Of a DNA stretch of 64,000 nucleotides, positions 9,185 to 18,603 are shown in pieces. The position numbers and the translations under genes were made by a program. The stretch spans positions 15,874 through 79,873 of the forward strand of contig JAAETO010000285.1 in NCBI GenBank assembly GCA_024228275.1, given 5' to 3'. Positions within the stretch are counted from its first letter, which is position 1, and each line of letters begins with the position of its first letter. This DNA is from Arcobacter sp. GTDB taxonomy: Bacteria > Campylobacterota > Campylobacteria > Campylobacterales > Arcobacteraceae. The notes beneath the pieces are model-generated. The model searched no databases. It was not told the DNA's origin and saw only the letters and a program-made list of their open reading frames with translations.

Positions 9185-9568
9185 ATGAGTACAAAGAAAG
9201 CTATTAAAACAGATTTATTTGAGTCAAGTTCACCTTTAGAGTGGGCAATAACTTCTAATAATACTTTGTATACAGCTCAAATACCAATTGATAAGAATGG
9301 TATTGTTGTAGAAGGAGGTATTGAAGAACAAACTAGACAAACTATGAATAATTTAGTACATACTTTAGAATCAGCAGGTGTTACTACAAATGAGGTCTTG
9401 CAAGTTTTGATTTATGTAACTAAGAGAGATTATTTATCAGTTGTAAACAAAATTTATGCAGAATATTTTGAAGCACCTTATCCAAATAGAGCAGCAGTTG
9501 TTGTTGCAGGTTTAGCACGAGAAAATATGTTAGTTGAGTTAGTAGTTTATGCTCAAGCAAGTAAATAA
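9185..9568 (+). CDS. RidA/YjgF/L-PSP family reactive-intermediate (enamine/imine) deaminase
   Basis: 127 aa. GGIEEQTRQTMNNLVHTLESAG...PNRAAVVVAGLARENMLVELVVYA is the YjgF/RidA pattern. Confidence 0.8.
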   Translation: MSTKKAIKTDLFESSSPLEWAITSNNTLYTAQIPIDKNGIVVEGGIEEQTRQTMNNLVHTLESAGVTTNEVLQVLIYVTKRDYLSVVNKIYAEYFEAPYPNRAAVVVAGLARENMLVELVVYAQASK

Positions 9569-9584
9569 AAAAAAAGGAAAATAG

Positions 9585-11033
9585 ATGACTTATAATTTTG
9601 AAGAGGGTATATTTATTAATGGAACTTGGCAAAAAGGTAGCTTTACTATTCCTAATATTAATCCTTCTGATATCTCTGAGAATATAGGTGATTTAGCGCA
9701 AGCTAATAGTAATCAAGTAGAAGAAGCAATAGTTGCAGCAAATAAAGCTCAACCTTTATGGGAAAAAACATCTTTAGAACATAAAGTTAATGTTTTACAA
9801 TCAATAGGAGATGAATTAATTCAAAGATGCGAAGAATTAGGTGAACTTTTAGCTAAAGAAGAAGGAAAATCAAAAGCAGAGGGTAAAGGTGAGATTTACA
9901 GATCTGGACAATTTTTTCAATATTATGCAGCTGAGGTATTACGACAAATTGGTGAAAATGCAGCTTCTGTTAGACCTGGAATTGATATTGAAGTTACAAG
10001 AGAAGCTGTTGGTGTTGTTGGTATTATCTCTCCTTGGAACTTTCCAACTGCGACTGCCGCTTGGAAAATTGCTCCTGCTTTAGCCTTTGGAAATTCAGTT
10101 ATTTGGAAACCAGCAAATTTAACAGCTGCTTCAGCTGTAGCATTAACTGAAATTATATCTCGACAAGATATACCAGAAGGGACTTTTAATTTGGTTCTAG
10201 GTTCAGGAGGAACAGTAGGTGATACATTGATTAATTCAAAAGATATTAATGCTATTTCATTTACGGGTTCTGTGGAAACGGGAAGAAAAATAGCTATTGC
10301 AACTTCTGCAAATTTTGTTAAATGTCAATTAGAAATGGGGAGTAAAAATTCACTTATAGTTGCTAATGATGCAGATATATCAGTTGCCGTAGAATCTGCA
10401 GTTATGGGAGCCTATTCAGGAACAGGACAGAAGTGTACGGCTTCATCAAGATTAATTGTAATGGATGATATACATGATGAATTTGTAGAAGCTTTAACTA
10501 AAAGAATATCTGAGTTAAAAGTTGGTCACTGTATGGAAGAAGGTATATTTATGGGACCTGTTTGTGACAAAGATCAATTTGAATCTAATTTTAAATGGAT
10601 ACAAAGAGCAAAAGATTTAGGAGGAAAATTAGTAATTGGAGGAGAAAAACTATCTTTAGAAAAAGAGGGATATTATATGTCTCCTGCATTATTTATTGAT
10701 ACAAAAAATGATTGGGACATTAATCAAGAAGAGATATTTGCTCCAATGGCTTGTGTAATAAAAGTTAAAGATTTAGATGAAGCAATAAAAACAGCAAATG
10801 ATACAAGGTTTGGATTAACAGCTGGAATTATTACTCAAAGTCTAAAAACTGCAGCAATCTTTAAAAAAGCTGCTCAAAGTGGTTGTGTTATGGTAAACCT
10901 TCCAACAGCTGGAACTGATTATCATGTTCCCTTTGGTGGAAGAAAAGAATCAAGCTTTGGTCCAAGAGAACAAGGTTCTTATGCAAAAGAATTTTACACT
11001 ATTGTAAAAACAGCATATCAAAAACCTTATTAG
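9585..11033 (+). CDS. NAD(P)+-dependent aldehyde dehydrogenase (substrate unknown)
   Basis: 482 aa. ISPWNFP, FTGSVETGRKI, the catalytic-Glu motif LEMGSKNS, the catalytic-Cys motif GQKCTASSR and EEIFAP are all present. Confidence 0.85.
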   Translation: MTYNFEEGIFINGTWQKGSFTIPNINPSDISENIGDLAQANSNQVEEAIVAANKAQPLWEKTSLEHKVNVLQSIGDELIQRCEELGELLAKEEGKSKAEGKGEIYRSGQFFQYYAAEVLRQIGENAASVRPGIDIEVTREAVGVVGIISPWNFPTATAAWKIAPALAFGNSVIWKPANLTAASAVALTEIISRQDIPEGTFNLVLGSGGTVGDTLINSKDINAISFTGSVETGRKIAIATSANFVKCQLEMGSKNSLIVANDADISVAVESAVMGAYSGTGQKCTASSRLIVMDDIHDEFVEALTKRISELKVGHCMEEGIFMGPVCDKDQFESNFKWIQRAKDLGGKLVIGGEKLSLEKEGYYMSPALFIDTKNDWDINQEEIFAPMACVIKVKDLDEAIKTANDTRFGLTAGIITQSLKTAAIFKKAAQSGCVMVNLPTAGTDYHVPFGGRKESSFGPREQGSYAKEFYTIVKTAYQKPY

Positions 11034-11041
11034 GAAAAAAT

Positions 11042-12037
11042 ATGTATAAAGATCAAATTATTATTGATGGTTTGCAATATTGTAATTGGAGCAGAGATTA
11101 TTTTCTTTCTTTAAAAAAGAGTGGGATAACTGCTGTTCACGTTACGATTGTTTATCATGAAATGGCAAGAGAAACTTTAAGTAGATTTGCTCAATGGAAT
11201 AAACTTTTTGAACAAAATAGTGATTTGATAATGCCCGTAATGAGTATGACTGATGTTGAATTAGCAAAATCTACTGGTAAAGTAGGAATTTTCTTTGGAG
11301 CTCAAAATTGCTCTCCAATTGATGATGAAATTGGCTTAGTTGAAGTAATGAAAAAACAAGGCTTACTTATTATGCAATTAACATATAATAACCAAAGTCT
11401 ATTAGCAACTGGGTGTTATGAACAACATGATAGTGGGATTACAAGATTTGGGAAGCAAGTAATTGCAGAGATGAATAGAGTTGGAATGATTGTAGATATG
11501 TCTCATAGTTCTGAAAAGTCTACACTTGAAGCTATTGAAATATCAGCTCGACCTATTTGCATATCACATGCAAATCCAACTTTTGCACATAATGCATTAA
11601 GAAATAAATCAAATGATGTTATTAAGGCATTAGCTTCAAAGGGTGGATTACTAGGTTTCTCACTTTATCCTTTTCATTTACCAAATGGTAGTGATTGTAC
11701 ACTCGATGATTTTTGTGAAATGATTGCACAAACAGCTGATTTAGTTGGTGTTGATCATCTAGGAATTGGTAGTGATTTATGTTTAAATCAATCACAAGAA
11801 GTTTTGGAATGGATGAGAAATGGTAAATGGTCAAAAGATATGGATTATGGAGAAGGAAATGCTTCAAATTCGGGATGGCCAGATGATTTACCTTGGTTTA
11901 AAGATGAGAATGGAATGGAAAATATATATAAAGGTTTATTAAAATATGGGTTTAAAGAGGAAGAAGCTAATCAAATTCTTGGTGGAAACTGGTTTAGCTT
12001 CTTAAGTGATGGTTTAAAGCCTAAAAATCTTTTTTAA
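11042..12037 (+). CDS. peptidase M19 (renal/membrane dipeptidase)-like amidohydrolase-fold protein, atypical N-terminal metal motif
   Basis: 331 aa. VDMSHSSEKS, PICISHANP and GIGSDL match M19 blocks. Where M19 enzymes carry DGHND, this protein has IIDGLQYCNW. Confidence 0.7.
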   Translation: MYKDQIIIDGLQYCNWSRDYFLSLKKSGITAVHVTIVYHEMARETLSRFAQWNKLFEQNSDLIMPVMSMTDVELAKSTGKVGIFFGAQNCSPIDDEIGLVEVMKKQGLLIMQLTYNNQSLLATGCYEQHDSGITRFGKQVIAEMNRVGMIVDMSHSSEKSTLEAIEISARPICISHANPTFAHNALRNKSNDVIKALASKGGLLGFSLYPFHLPNGSDCTLDDFCEMIAQTADLVGVDHLGIGSDLCLNQSQEVLEWMRNGKWSKDMDYGEGNASNSGWPDDLPWFKDENGMENIYKGLLKYGFKEEEANQILGGNWFSFLSDGLKPKNLF

Positions 12038-12094
12038 AAAATTAAAAATTATTTTGGGTGATATTATCAAAAATATCATAAAAAGGATATCAAA

Positions 12095-13654
12095 ATGGAA
12101 ATGTCAGATATTATAGAAAAAAAAGAAACATTGAAGGAATTAGATGAAGGAAAACATAAAGTTGATAAATTAACTTTAATCCTTAGTAGTGGTTTTTTAA
12201 TGGCTTTTGTTATTTTAGCATTGGTTGATGCAAAATTATTAAGTTCAATTGTAAATGGCGGGTTTGCGTGGTCAACAAAAATGTTTGGAGCATATTGGCA
12301 ATTTTTATTATTAGCAACATTTTTAATTGGAATTGGTTTATCTTGGGGAAGAACTGGTTCAGTAGTACTTGGAAATACAAAGGAACCTGAAATGAGTACT
12401 TTTCAATGGATTGCGATTATTCTTTGTACCTTACTTGCAGGTGGTGGAGTTTTTTGGGCTGCAGGTGAGCCTATAGCACATTTTGTTTCTCCTCCTCCTT
12501 TATATGGTGTAGAAACTGATATGTTTCAAAAAGCAGTAAATGCTCTATCTCAATCATTTATGCATTGGGGATTTTTAGCATGGGCAATATTAGGAACATT
12601 AACTGCAATTGTTTTAATGCATTTACATTATGACAAAGGATTACCTTTAAAACCAAGAACATTACTTTATCCTGTATTTGGAGATAAAGTTATACATGGT
12701 CCTTTAGGTTCAATTATTGATGCTTTCTGTCTTATTGCTGTTGCTGCAGGAACTATAGGCCCAATAGGATTTTTAGGTTTACAAATTTCATACGCATTAA
12801 ACGCTTTATTTGACTTACCAGATAGTTTCACTACGCAATTTATTATTGTTTTAATTGCTATTTGTATTTATGTAATTTCAGCATTAAGTGGTATTACAAG
12901 AGGAATTCAAATTTTAAGTAGATGGAATATTATTTTAGCAATTGGATTAATGTTCTTTATTTTTGTTTTTGGACCAACTTCATTTATTGTTGATGGATAT
13001 ATTCAAGGAGTTGGTGCAGCTATTCAAAACTTCATTCCCATGGCAACTTTCAGAGCTGACACTGGTTGGTTAGGATGGTGGACTGTATTCTTTTGGGGAT
13101 GGTTCTTAGGATATGGTCCAATTATGGCAATTTTTATTGCACGAATTTCAAGAGGTAGAACAATCAGAATGTTAATTTTAGCCGTAAGTATTTTTGCTCC
13201 ACTCATTACAATGTTCTGGTTTACTATTGTTGGAGGAGCTGGATTATCATTTGAGATTGCAAACCCTGGAGTTATTAGTGAGGCATTTAAAGGATTTAAT
13301 TTACCAGCAGCATTATTAGCTATTACTCAATCATTGCCATTACCTTTAATTACTTCGATATTATTTTTAATATTGACAACAATTTTTATTGTTACAACAG
13401 GAGATTCAATGACATATACTATGAGTGTAGTTGTAAGTGGTAGTACTGAACCAAGTCCTTATTTAAGAGTATTTTGGGGTATTTTAATGGGTATTTTAGC
13501 AATTATTCTTATATCAATTGGCTCAGGAGGAATCTCTGCATTACAATCATTTATTGTAATAACAGCCGTACCAGTGTCTCTTATATTATTACCTGCTCTT
13601 TGGAATGCACCTCAATTTGCTATTAAAATGGCTGATGAGCAAGGATTAAAATAA
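12095..13654 (+). CDS. BCCT-family (betaine/carnitine/choline-type) secondary transporter
   Basis: 519 aa and polytopic. GWWTVFFWGWFLGYGPIMAIFIARISRGRTIR is the BCCT signature (W-x-FYWxWW...FIARIS-GRTIR). Confidence 0.85.
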   Translation: MEMSDIIEKKETLKELDEGKHKVDKLTLILSSGFLMAFVILALVDAKLLSSIVNGGFAWSTKMFGAYWQFLLLATFLIGIGLSWGRTGSVVLGNTKEPEMSTFQWIAIILCTLLAGGGVFWAAGEPIAHFVSPPPLYGVETDMFQKAVNALSQSFMHWGFLAWAILGTLTAIVLMHLHYDKGLPLKPRTLLYPVFGDKVIHGPLGSIIDAFCLIAVAAGTIGPIGFLGLQISYALNALFDLPDSFTTQFIIVLIAICIYVISALSGITRGIQILSRWNIILAIGLMFFIFVFGPTSFIVDGYIQGVGAAIQNFIPMATFRADTGWLGWWTVFFWGWFLGYGPIMAIFIARISRGRTIRMLILAVSIFAPLITMFWFTIVGGAGLSFEIANPGVISEAFKGFNLPAALLAITQSLPLPLITSILFLILTTIFIVTTGDSMTYTMSVVVSGSTEPSPYLRVFWGILMGILAIILISIGSGGISALQSFIVITAVPVSLILLPALWNAPQFAIKMADEQGLK

Positions 13655-13726
13655 AAAATCTATATTTAAATTAGACTAAAAGAAGTATCTAGGTACTTCT
13701 TTTAGTGAAAAATTTGGGAGATAAGA

Positions 13727-16141
13727 ATGGGTAAAAATATTAATACTTTAGATAATACACAATTAAGAGATTCAAGTATAGTAATGGACTTAAAAAGAAT
13801 GGGTTCTATGCATCAATCAAGAATTAGTTTTACAAGAACTCTTGTAAGAAAAATGGCAAATGAAAATTGGACTGTTACAAAAACTAAATGGGATCTGTGT
13901 AAAGATGGATATGGTACTGCAATTTATGAACTTAGAACACCAAATAATATTTATAATCTAGTAATTTTTTCTAATAATATTAAAGATGAAGAGAGAAATG
14001 ATAGAGTTATTGCTGAAAAATGGGATATTACATTTACACTAATTGATGGTGAAGTTAGCGAAACTCTCTTAGAAATGTTAAAAAGTAATGTACCTTTGCA
14101 AGAAGCTGGAAGAAATACAAATCGAGCCTTAGTGCTAGCACGTGCTAATAAAAGTGTTAGAGTTTTTTCTCATATTATTGATTCATTATCAAGTGGGAAA
14201 CAACCAAATATTAAAGAAGTTTCAAAAGTTGGCTATATATTAAGAACAACTGCCGTTTACGGAAGTGGTAAATTTGGTATAAATGACTATGCTGCATTAA
14301 AAGAAAATCCTGATTTCTCTCAATCATTTTCTGCTGAAATGTGTGCTGTATATATTTTAAGACAATTCTCTTTAGATTGGGCAAATTATATTGCTAAAAG
14401 TCAAGGTGGAAATAATGCAGTATCTTTAGATAAAGATATACAAAGATTCCTTGGAATTGGTAATGCTACTGGTTTAGGAATGGCTCCATATTTAATTAGA
14501 CATCCTAAAGTTGTTGATAATTGGTTATACCAAAGAGAATTAGCTTTAAGTAAAGTATCGTTAGAAGAGATTACAAAAGAAAAATCAAAAGAATTAATAT
14601 CATATCTAAATAGAGCAATCACTCATTTAGAAGATGTTGTAACTATAAATGAAAAGCAAAAAGAATTAAATGCTCAAGCAGCTTTAGAAATTCCTACGCT
14701 TATTGAATCTATAAATGAACTACTTGGTAAAACATATAAAGATTTAATTCATAGTTCTACATCTGTTTCTTTAGAAGCACAAGAAATTCTTATTTCTTCA
14801 ATTATTGAGTTATTCCCAGAACTTGTAGATTTTCATGAAAATCATATGAGAGTTGATGAACAACCATTAGAGTTAACAGGTGTTACAATTGAAGCATTAA
14901 AAAGTAAAATTAAATCTTATTATTCATGGGCTTTAAAATATGATTTTTCAAAAGAGAAAAGTAATTATTGGTTTTGGTATGTATCTGAAGATAAAGGAGA
15001 ACCAAGACTTGGAATTAGAAATATTGATAAAGGATCGGAGTTAGAACTTCCTTTAGATATTGCAAGACAAGTTTCAAAATTAGAAAAGATATTGGCAGAT
15101 ATCTCAAATAATGAACCTATTACTAAGTTTTTATTAGAAAACCCTCAATACTCATCTATTATTAGAAGAGTTTGGACTATGGGTGCATGTAAGATGGGTG
15201 AAATTCAAGCAAATGTTTTAGATAAAGATTTTCTTCCTATGGATTTATTAAGAGCTAAACTTGCTATGTTTGGAGCGACAAAGTTTGATCCTAGATCTGA
15301 TAGATGGGTTCAAGTTACATTTTTTCAAAGTGCTCCATTATTGGATGAAATTCATAATGCAGAGTGGTTATTCCCTCAACTTCCCAAAAGTAAAGATGAT
15401 AGATTGACTGTAGAAAGTGGAAAAATATCTGTATCAAGAACAGAACTTACAACTATGTGTAATAATGCTTTTAATGCCTTAAAAAGGGATTCTGGTGAAT
15501 CAGATCTAATTTCAAAAATGGTAGTTGATTTACAAATGGTGGGACTAGGTGGTGTTAAACAATTTGTAAATGCCTTAAAATATTTAAAAAATATTAATGA
15601 TTTATCATTGAATATCTCATCTGAAGGTTCATATATTACTGCTGATTTAAATAATGACACAATTTTAGGTCATATACAAATTTTAGTTGCATATGCATTA
15701 GAATCTATTCCTAAATATGAAACTGTAACCTTAGAAATTAAAAATTGTCATAATAGATGGTTAGTATTTTCTCAAGCTTTAAGAATTGCAAAAAAAGGTC
15801 TTAATGCAAGATTCTCTTGGAATAACTCATCTGATAGTGATCGAATTTCATATTGTATAAATGCTAATGATGAATTCCCAACAGTTTACAAAAGTAGAAG
15901 TGATAATTCTAATTTAAGAACATTAATAATAGAAATTAGTAAAACAAAAATTAATAGAGAATCTGTTAAATCAGAAATTATTAGTTCAAAAACTTTAGAA
16001 AAATCATTTAATGATGCAGTTGAAAATGGTTTAGTTATTGATTTAAATGATTGGAATGATTTAAAAGAAGTTGCAAAAGCAATTTATGTTGCATCTAGTG
16101 AAACATCTAAAAATGATGCTGGTGGAGCTATTGAAAAATAA
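13727..16141 (+). CDS. large hypothetical protein (804 aa), no family recognised
   Basis: Long uninterrupted ORF in an operon-like position, with codon usage like its neighbours. I saw no TM segment, signal peptide or familiar cofactor motif. Confidence 0.7.
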   Translation: MGKNINTLDNTQLRDSSIVMDLKRMGSMHQSRISFTRTLVRKMANENWTVTKTKWDLCKDGYGTAIYELRTPNNIYNLVIFSNNIKDEERNDRVIAEKWDITFTLIDGEVSETLLEMLKSNVPLQEAGRNTNRALVLARANKSVRVFSHIIDSLSSGKQPNIKEVSKVGYILRTTAVYGSGKFGINDYAALKENPDFSQSFSAEMCAVYILRQFSLDWANYIAKSQGGNNAVSLDKDIQRFLGIGNATGLGMAPYLIRHPKVVDNWLYQRELALSKVSLEEITKEKSKELISYLNRAITHLEDVVTINEKQKELNAQAALEIPTLIESINELLGKTYKDLIHSSTSVSLEAQEILISSIIELFPELVDFHENHMRVDEQPLELTGVTIEALKSKIKSYYSWALKYDFSKEKSNYWFWYVSEDKGEPRLGIRNIDKGSELELPLDIARQVSKLEKILADISNNEPITKFLLENPQYSSIIRRVWTMGACKMGEIQANVLDKDFLPMDLLRAKLAMFGATKFDPRSDRWVQVTFFQSAPLLDEIHNAEWLFPQLPKSKDDRLTVESGKISVSRTELTTMCNNAFNALKRDSGESDLISKMVVDLQMVGLGGVKQFVNALKYLKNINDLSLNISSEGSYITADLNNDTILGHIQILVAYALESIPKYETVTLEIKNCHNRWLVFSQALRIAKKGLNARFSWNNSSDSDRISYCINANDEFPTVYKSRSDNSNLRTLIIEISKTKINRESVKSEIISSKTLEKSFNDAVENGLVIDLNDWNDLKEVAKAIYVASSETSKNDAGGAIEK

Positions 16142-16193
16142 AAAGTATAATAATTACTGAATATTTTTATAGTAATTAGTTTGAGGTAGGAAA

Positions 16194-18431
16194 ATGAAAA
16201 ATAACCATTTAAATATTAAAATAGCTGGCGGTTGGGGTGCGCTTATTTCATCAAATAAATTTTTACTAAAAGAAGGTTTTTTCAAGCCTTCTAAAACCTT
16301 GTTAAAATTAAATCAATCAAAAGGATTTGATTGTCCTGGATGTGCCTGGCCAGACCCTAAAAATAAAGAAAGATCTATAGCGGAGTTTTGCGAAAATGGT
16401 GTAAAAGCAATTGCCTTTGAAACTACAAAAAAAAGAGCTTCGAAGGAGTTTTTTTCAAAAAACACAGTTTCACAGTTAAATGAACTTGATGTTTATGATA
16501 TAACTAATCTTGGACGTTTAACTGAACCATTTTATTACAACAGTAAAATAGATAAATATGAAGCTATTTCTTGGGATAATGCGTTTAGTATAGTTGCAAA
16601 ACATTTAACTAATTTACCTAAACCTGATGATGCAATATTTTATACTTCAGGAAGAACAAGTAATGAAGCAGCATTTTTATATCAATTAATGGGAAGAATG
16701 ATTGGAACAAATAATTTCCCTGATTGTTCAAATATGTGTCACGAATCTTCTGGTGTTGGTATGAATGAATCAATTGGTATTGGAAAAGGTACAGTCTCTT
16801 TAGAAGATTTTGATAAAGCTGAACTTATAATGATTTTTGGACAAAACCCAGGAACTAATCATCCTAGAATGTTAAGTGAATTACAAAAAGCATCTAAACG
16901 AGGTGCTAGAATTGTCTCTATTAATCCATTAAAAGAAGCAGGTCTAGTATCTTTTATTCATCCTCAGGATATTCCTTCAATGTTAAGTAATAAAGCAACT
17001 TCAATTAGTAGCCATTATTATCAAGTAAAAGTTGGTAGTGACATGGCTTTAATTCAAGCAATAATTAAATATATTCTTGAAACTCATCCTTATGCAATTG
17101 ATAATGATTTTATTAGTGCTAATACTAATGGTTTTGAAGAGTATGAGGAAACAATTTTAAATAAATCATGGAGTGTCCTACTTGACGAAAGTTCTTTAAA
17201 AATGGATGATATTATCCAGATAAGTGAACTTTACATCTCTTCTAGTAAAACTATATGTTGCTGGGCAATGGGTTTAACTCAACATCAACATGGCGTAGCA
17301 ACAATTCAAGAAGTAATTAACTTATTGTTAATTAAAGGTAATATTGGAAAAAAAGGTGCTGGAGCATGTCCTGTTAGAGGGCATAGTAATGTTCAAGGAG
17401 ATAGAACTGTTGGAATCTCTGAGGCTCCAAAAGAAGAATTTCTAAAAAAAATAGATAGTGTGTTTGATTTTACAAGTCCTAGAAAACATGGTTATGATGT
17501 AGTTCATGCAATCAAAGCTATGCATAAAGAGAAAAACAAGGTATTTATAGGTCTTGGTGGAAATTTTGCGGATGCTGCACCTGATACTAAATTAACTTAT
17601 GAGGCTTTAAAATCATGTGCCTTAACAGTTCATATCTCTACTCATTTAAATAAAAGTCATTTAATTTGTGGAAAAGAAGCATTAATATTACCCTGTTTAG
17701 GACGAACTGAACTTGATATTCAATTAGGTGGGGTACAAAGTGTAACGGTAGAGGATTCAATGAGTATGGTTCATTCCTCTAAAGGGAGTAATATTCCTAT
17801 TTCACGAGATATTAAATCTGAACCAGCAATAATTGCTGGAATTGCTAATGCGACTTTAGGAAATGAAAAGGTAGATTTTTTAGATTTAATAAGTGATTAT
17901 AATAAAATTAGAGATAAGATAGAAGAAGTATTACCTTCTTTTTATTCTTACAATAAATCTGTACTTCAAGATGATGGATTTGAATTATATAATAGTGCTA
18001 AAAATAAAGTTTGGGATACTCCAACAAAAAAAGCTAATTTTTTAATTAATAATACACCGAATTTAAATTTAGAAGAGAATCATTTAGCTTTAATGACAAT
18101 TAGATCACATGACCAATTTAATACAACAGTGTATGATACAAATGATAGATATAGAGGAATTGTAAATAAAAGAAGAGTAATTTTTTTAAATAAAAATGAC
18201 ATGGAAAAACTTTCTTTAAAAGATTCAGATATTGTAAATATAAGATCATATTCTAAAGATAAAATTAAAAGAGAAGTATTTAATTTTGAAGTTATATCTT
18301 ATGATATTAGGGACGGGTGTGCAGCTTCATATTTCCCCGAAACTACACCTTTAGTATCTATAGAACATTATGATAAAAAAAGTTTTACACCCTCTTATAA
18401 ATTTATTGATATAACTATAGAAAAAGTTTAA
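16194..18431 (+). CDS. FdhF/YdeP-family molybdopterin (bis-MGD) oxidoreductase, cytoplasmic, substrate unknown
   Basis: 745 aa. NQSKGFDCPGCAWPDPK is the characteristic YdeP-type N-terminal Cys motif, and MGLTQHQHG and RGHSNVQGDR are typical blocks. There is no twin-arginine signal. Confidence 0.8.
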   Translation: MKNNHLNIKIAGGWGALISSNKFLLKEGFFKPSKTLLKLNQSKGFDCPGCAWPDPKNKERSIAEFCENGVKAIAFETTKKRASKEFFSKNTVSQLNELDVYDITNLGRLTEPFYYNSKIDKYEAISWDNAFSIVAKHLTNLPKPDDAIFYTSGRTSNEAAFLYQLMGRMIGTNNFPDCSNMCHESSGVGMNESIGIGKGTVSLEDFDKAELIMIFGQNPGTNHPRMLSELQKASKRGARIVSINPLKEAGLVSFIHPQDIPSMLSNKATSISSHYYQVKVGSDMALIQAIIKYILETHPYAIDNDFISANTNGFEEYEETILNKSWSVLLDESSLKMDDIIQISELYISSSKTICCWAMGLTQHQHGVATIQEVINLLLIKGNIGKKGAGACPVRGHSNVQGDRTVGISEAPKEEFLKKIDSVFDFTSPRKHGYDVVHAIKAMHKEKNKVFIGLGGNFADAAPDTKLTYEALKSCALTVHISTHLNKSHLICGKEALILPCLGRTELDIQLGGVQSVTVEDSMSMVHSSKGSNIPISRDIKSEPAIIAGIANATLGNEKVDFLDLISDYNKIRDKIEEVLPSFYSYNKSVLQDDGFELYNSAKNKVWDTPTKKANFLINNTPNLNLEENHLALMTIRSHDQFNTTVYDTNDRYRGIVNKRRVIFLNKNDMEKLSLKDSDIVNIRSYSKDKIKREVFNFEVISYDIRDGCAASYFPETTPLVSIEHYDKKSFTPSYKFIDITIEKV

Positions 18432-18447
18432 AAGATAACATACTTTG

Positions 18448-18481
18448 ACCCAAAGATAAACAGTAAAGGATATCTTTGGGT
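18448..18481 (+). terminator. hairpin downstream of the YdeP-like gene (possible operon end)
   Basis: An 11-bp perfect stem (acccaaagata / tatctttgggt) with a 12-nt loop. No clear T-tract follows, so terminator function is uncertain. Confidence 0.35.
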
Positions 18482-18603
18482 TAAAAACTAATTTAAAAAC
18501 TATTTAACATCGAATGCCCAAATATAAGAAGTAATTCTTGGTTCGAATTTAACTTTTTTGTTTGATGCATATAAATTTATAAGAGGGTGAAAAGCTTTTA
18601 CCT

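Noticed and set aside
16194-18431. Selenocysteine-containing formate dehydrogenase (FdhF) call for the 745-aa molybdoenzyme
   Set aside because: The ORF is uninterrupted, with no in-frame TGA. The N-terminal GFDCPGCAWPDP motif is the YdeP-type signature rather than the FdhF 4Fe-4S/Sec arrangement.
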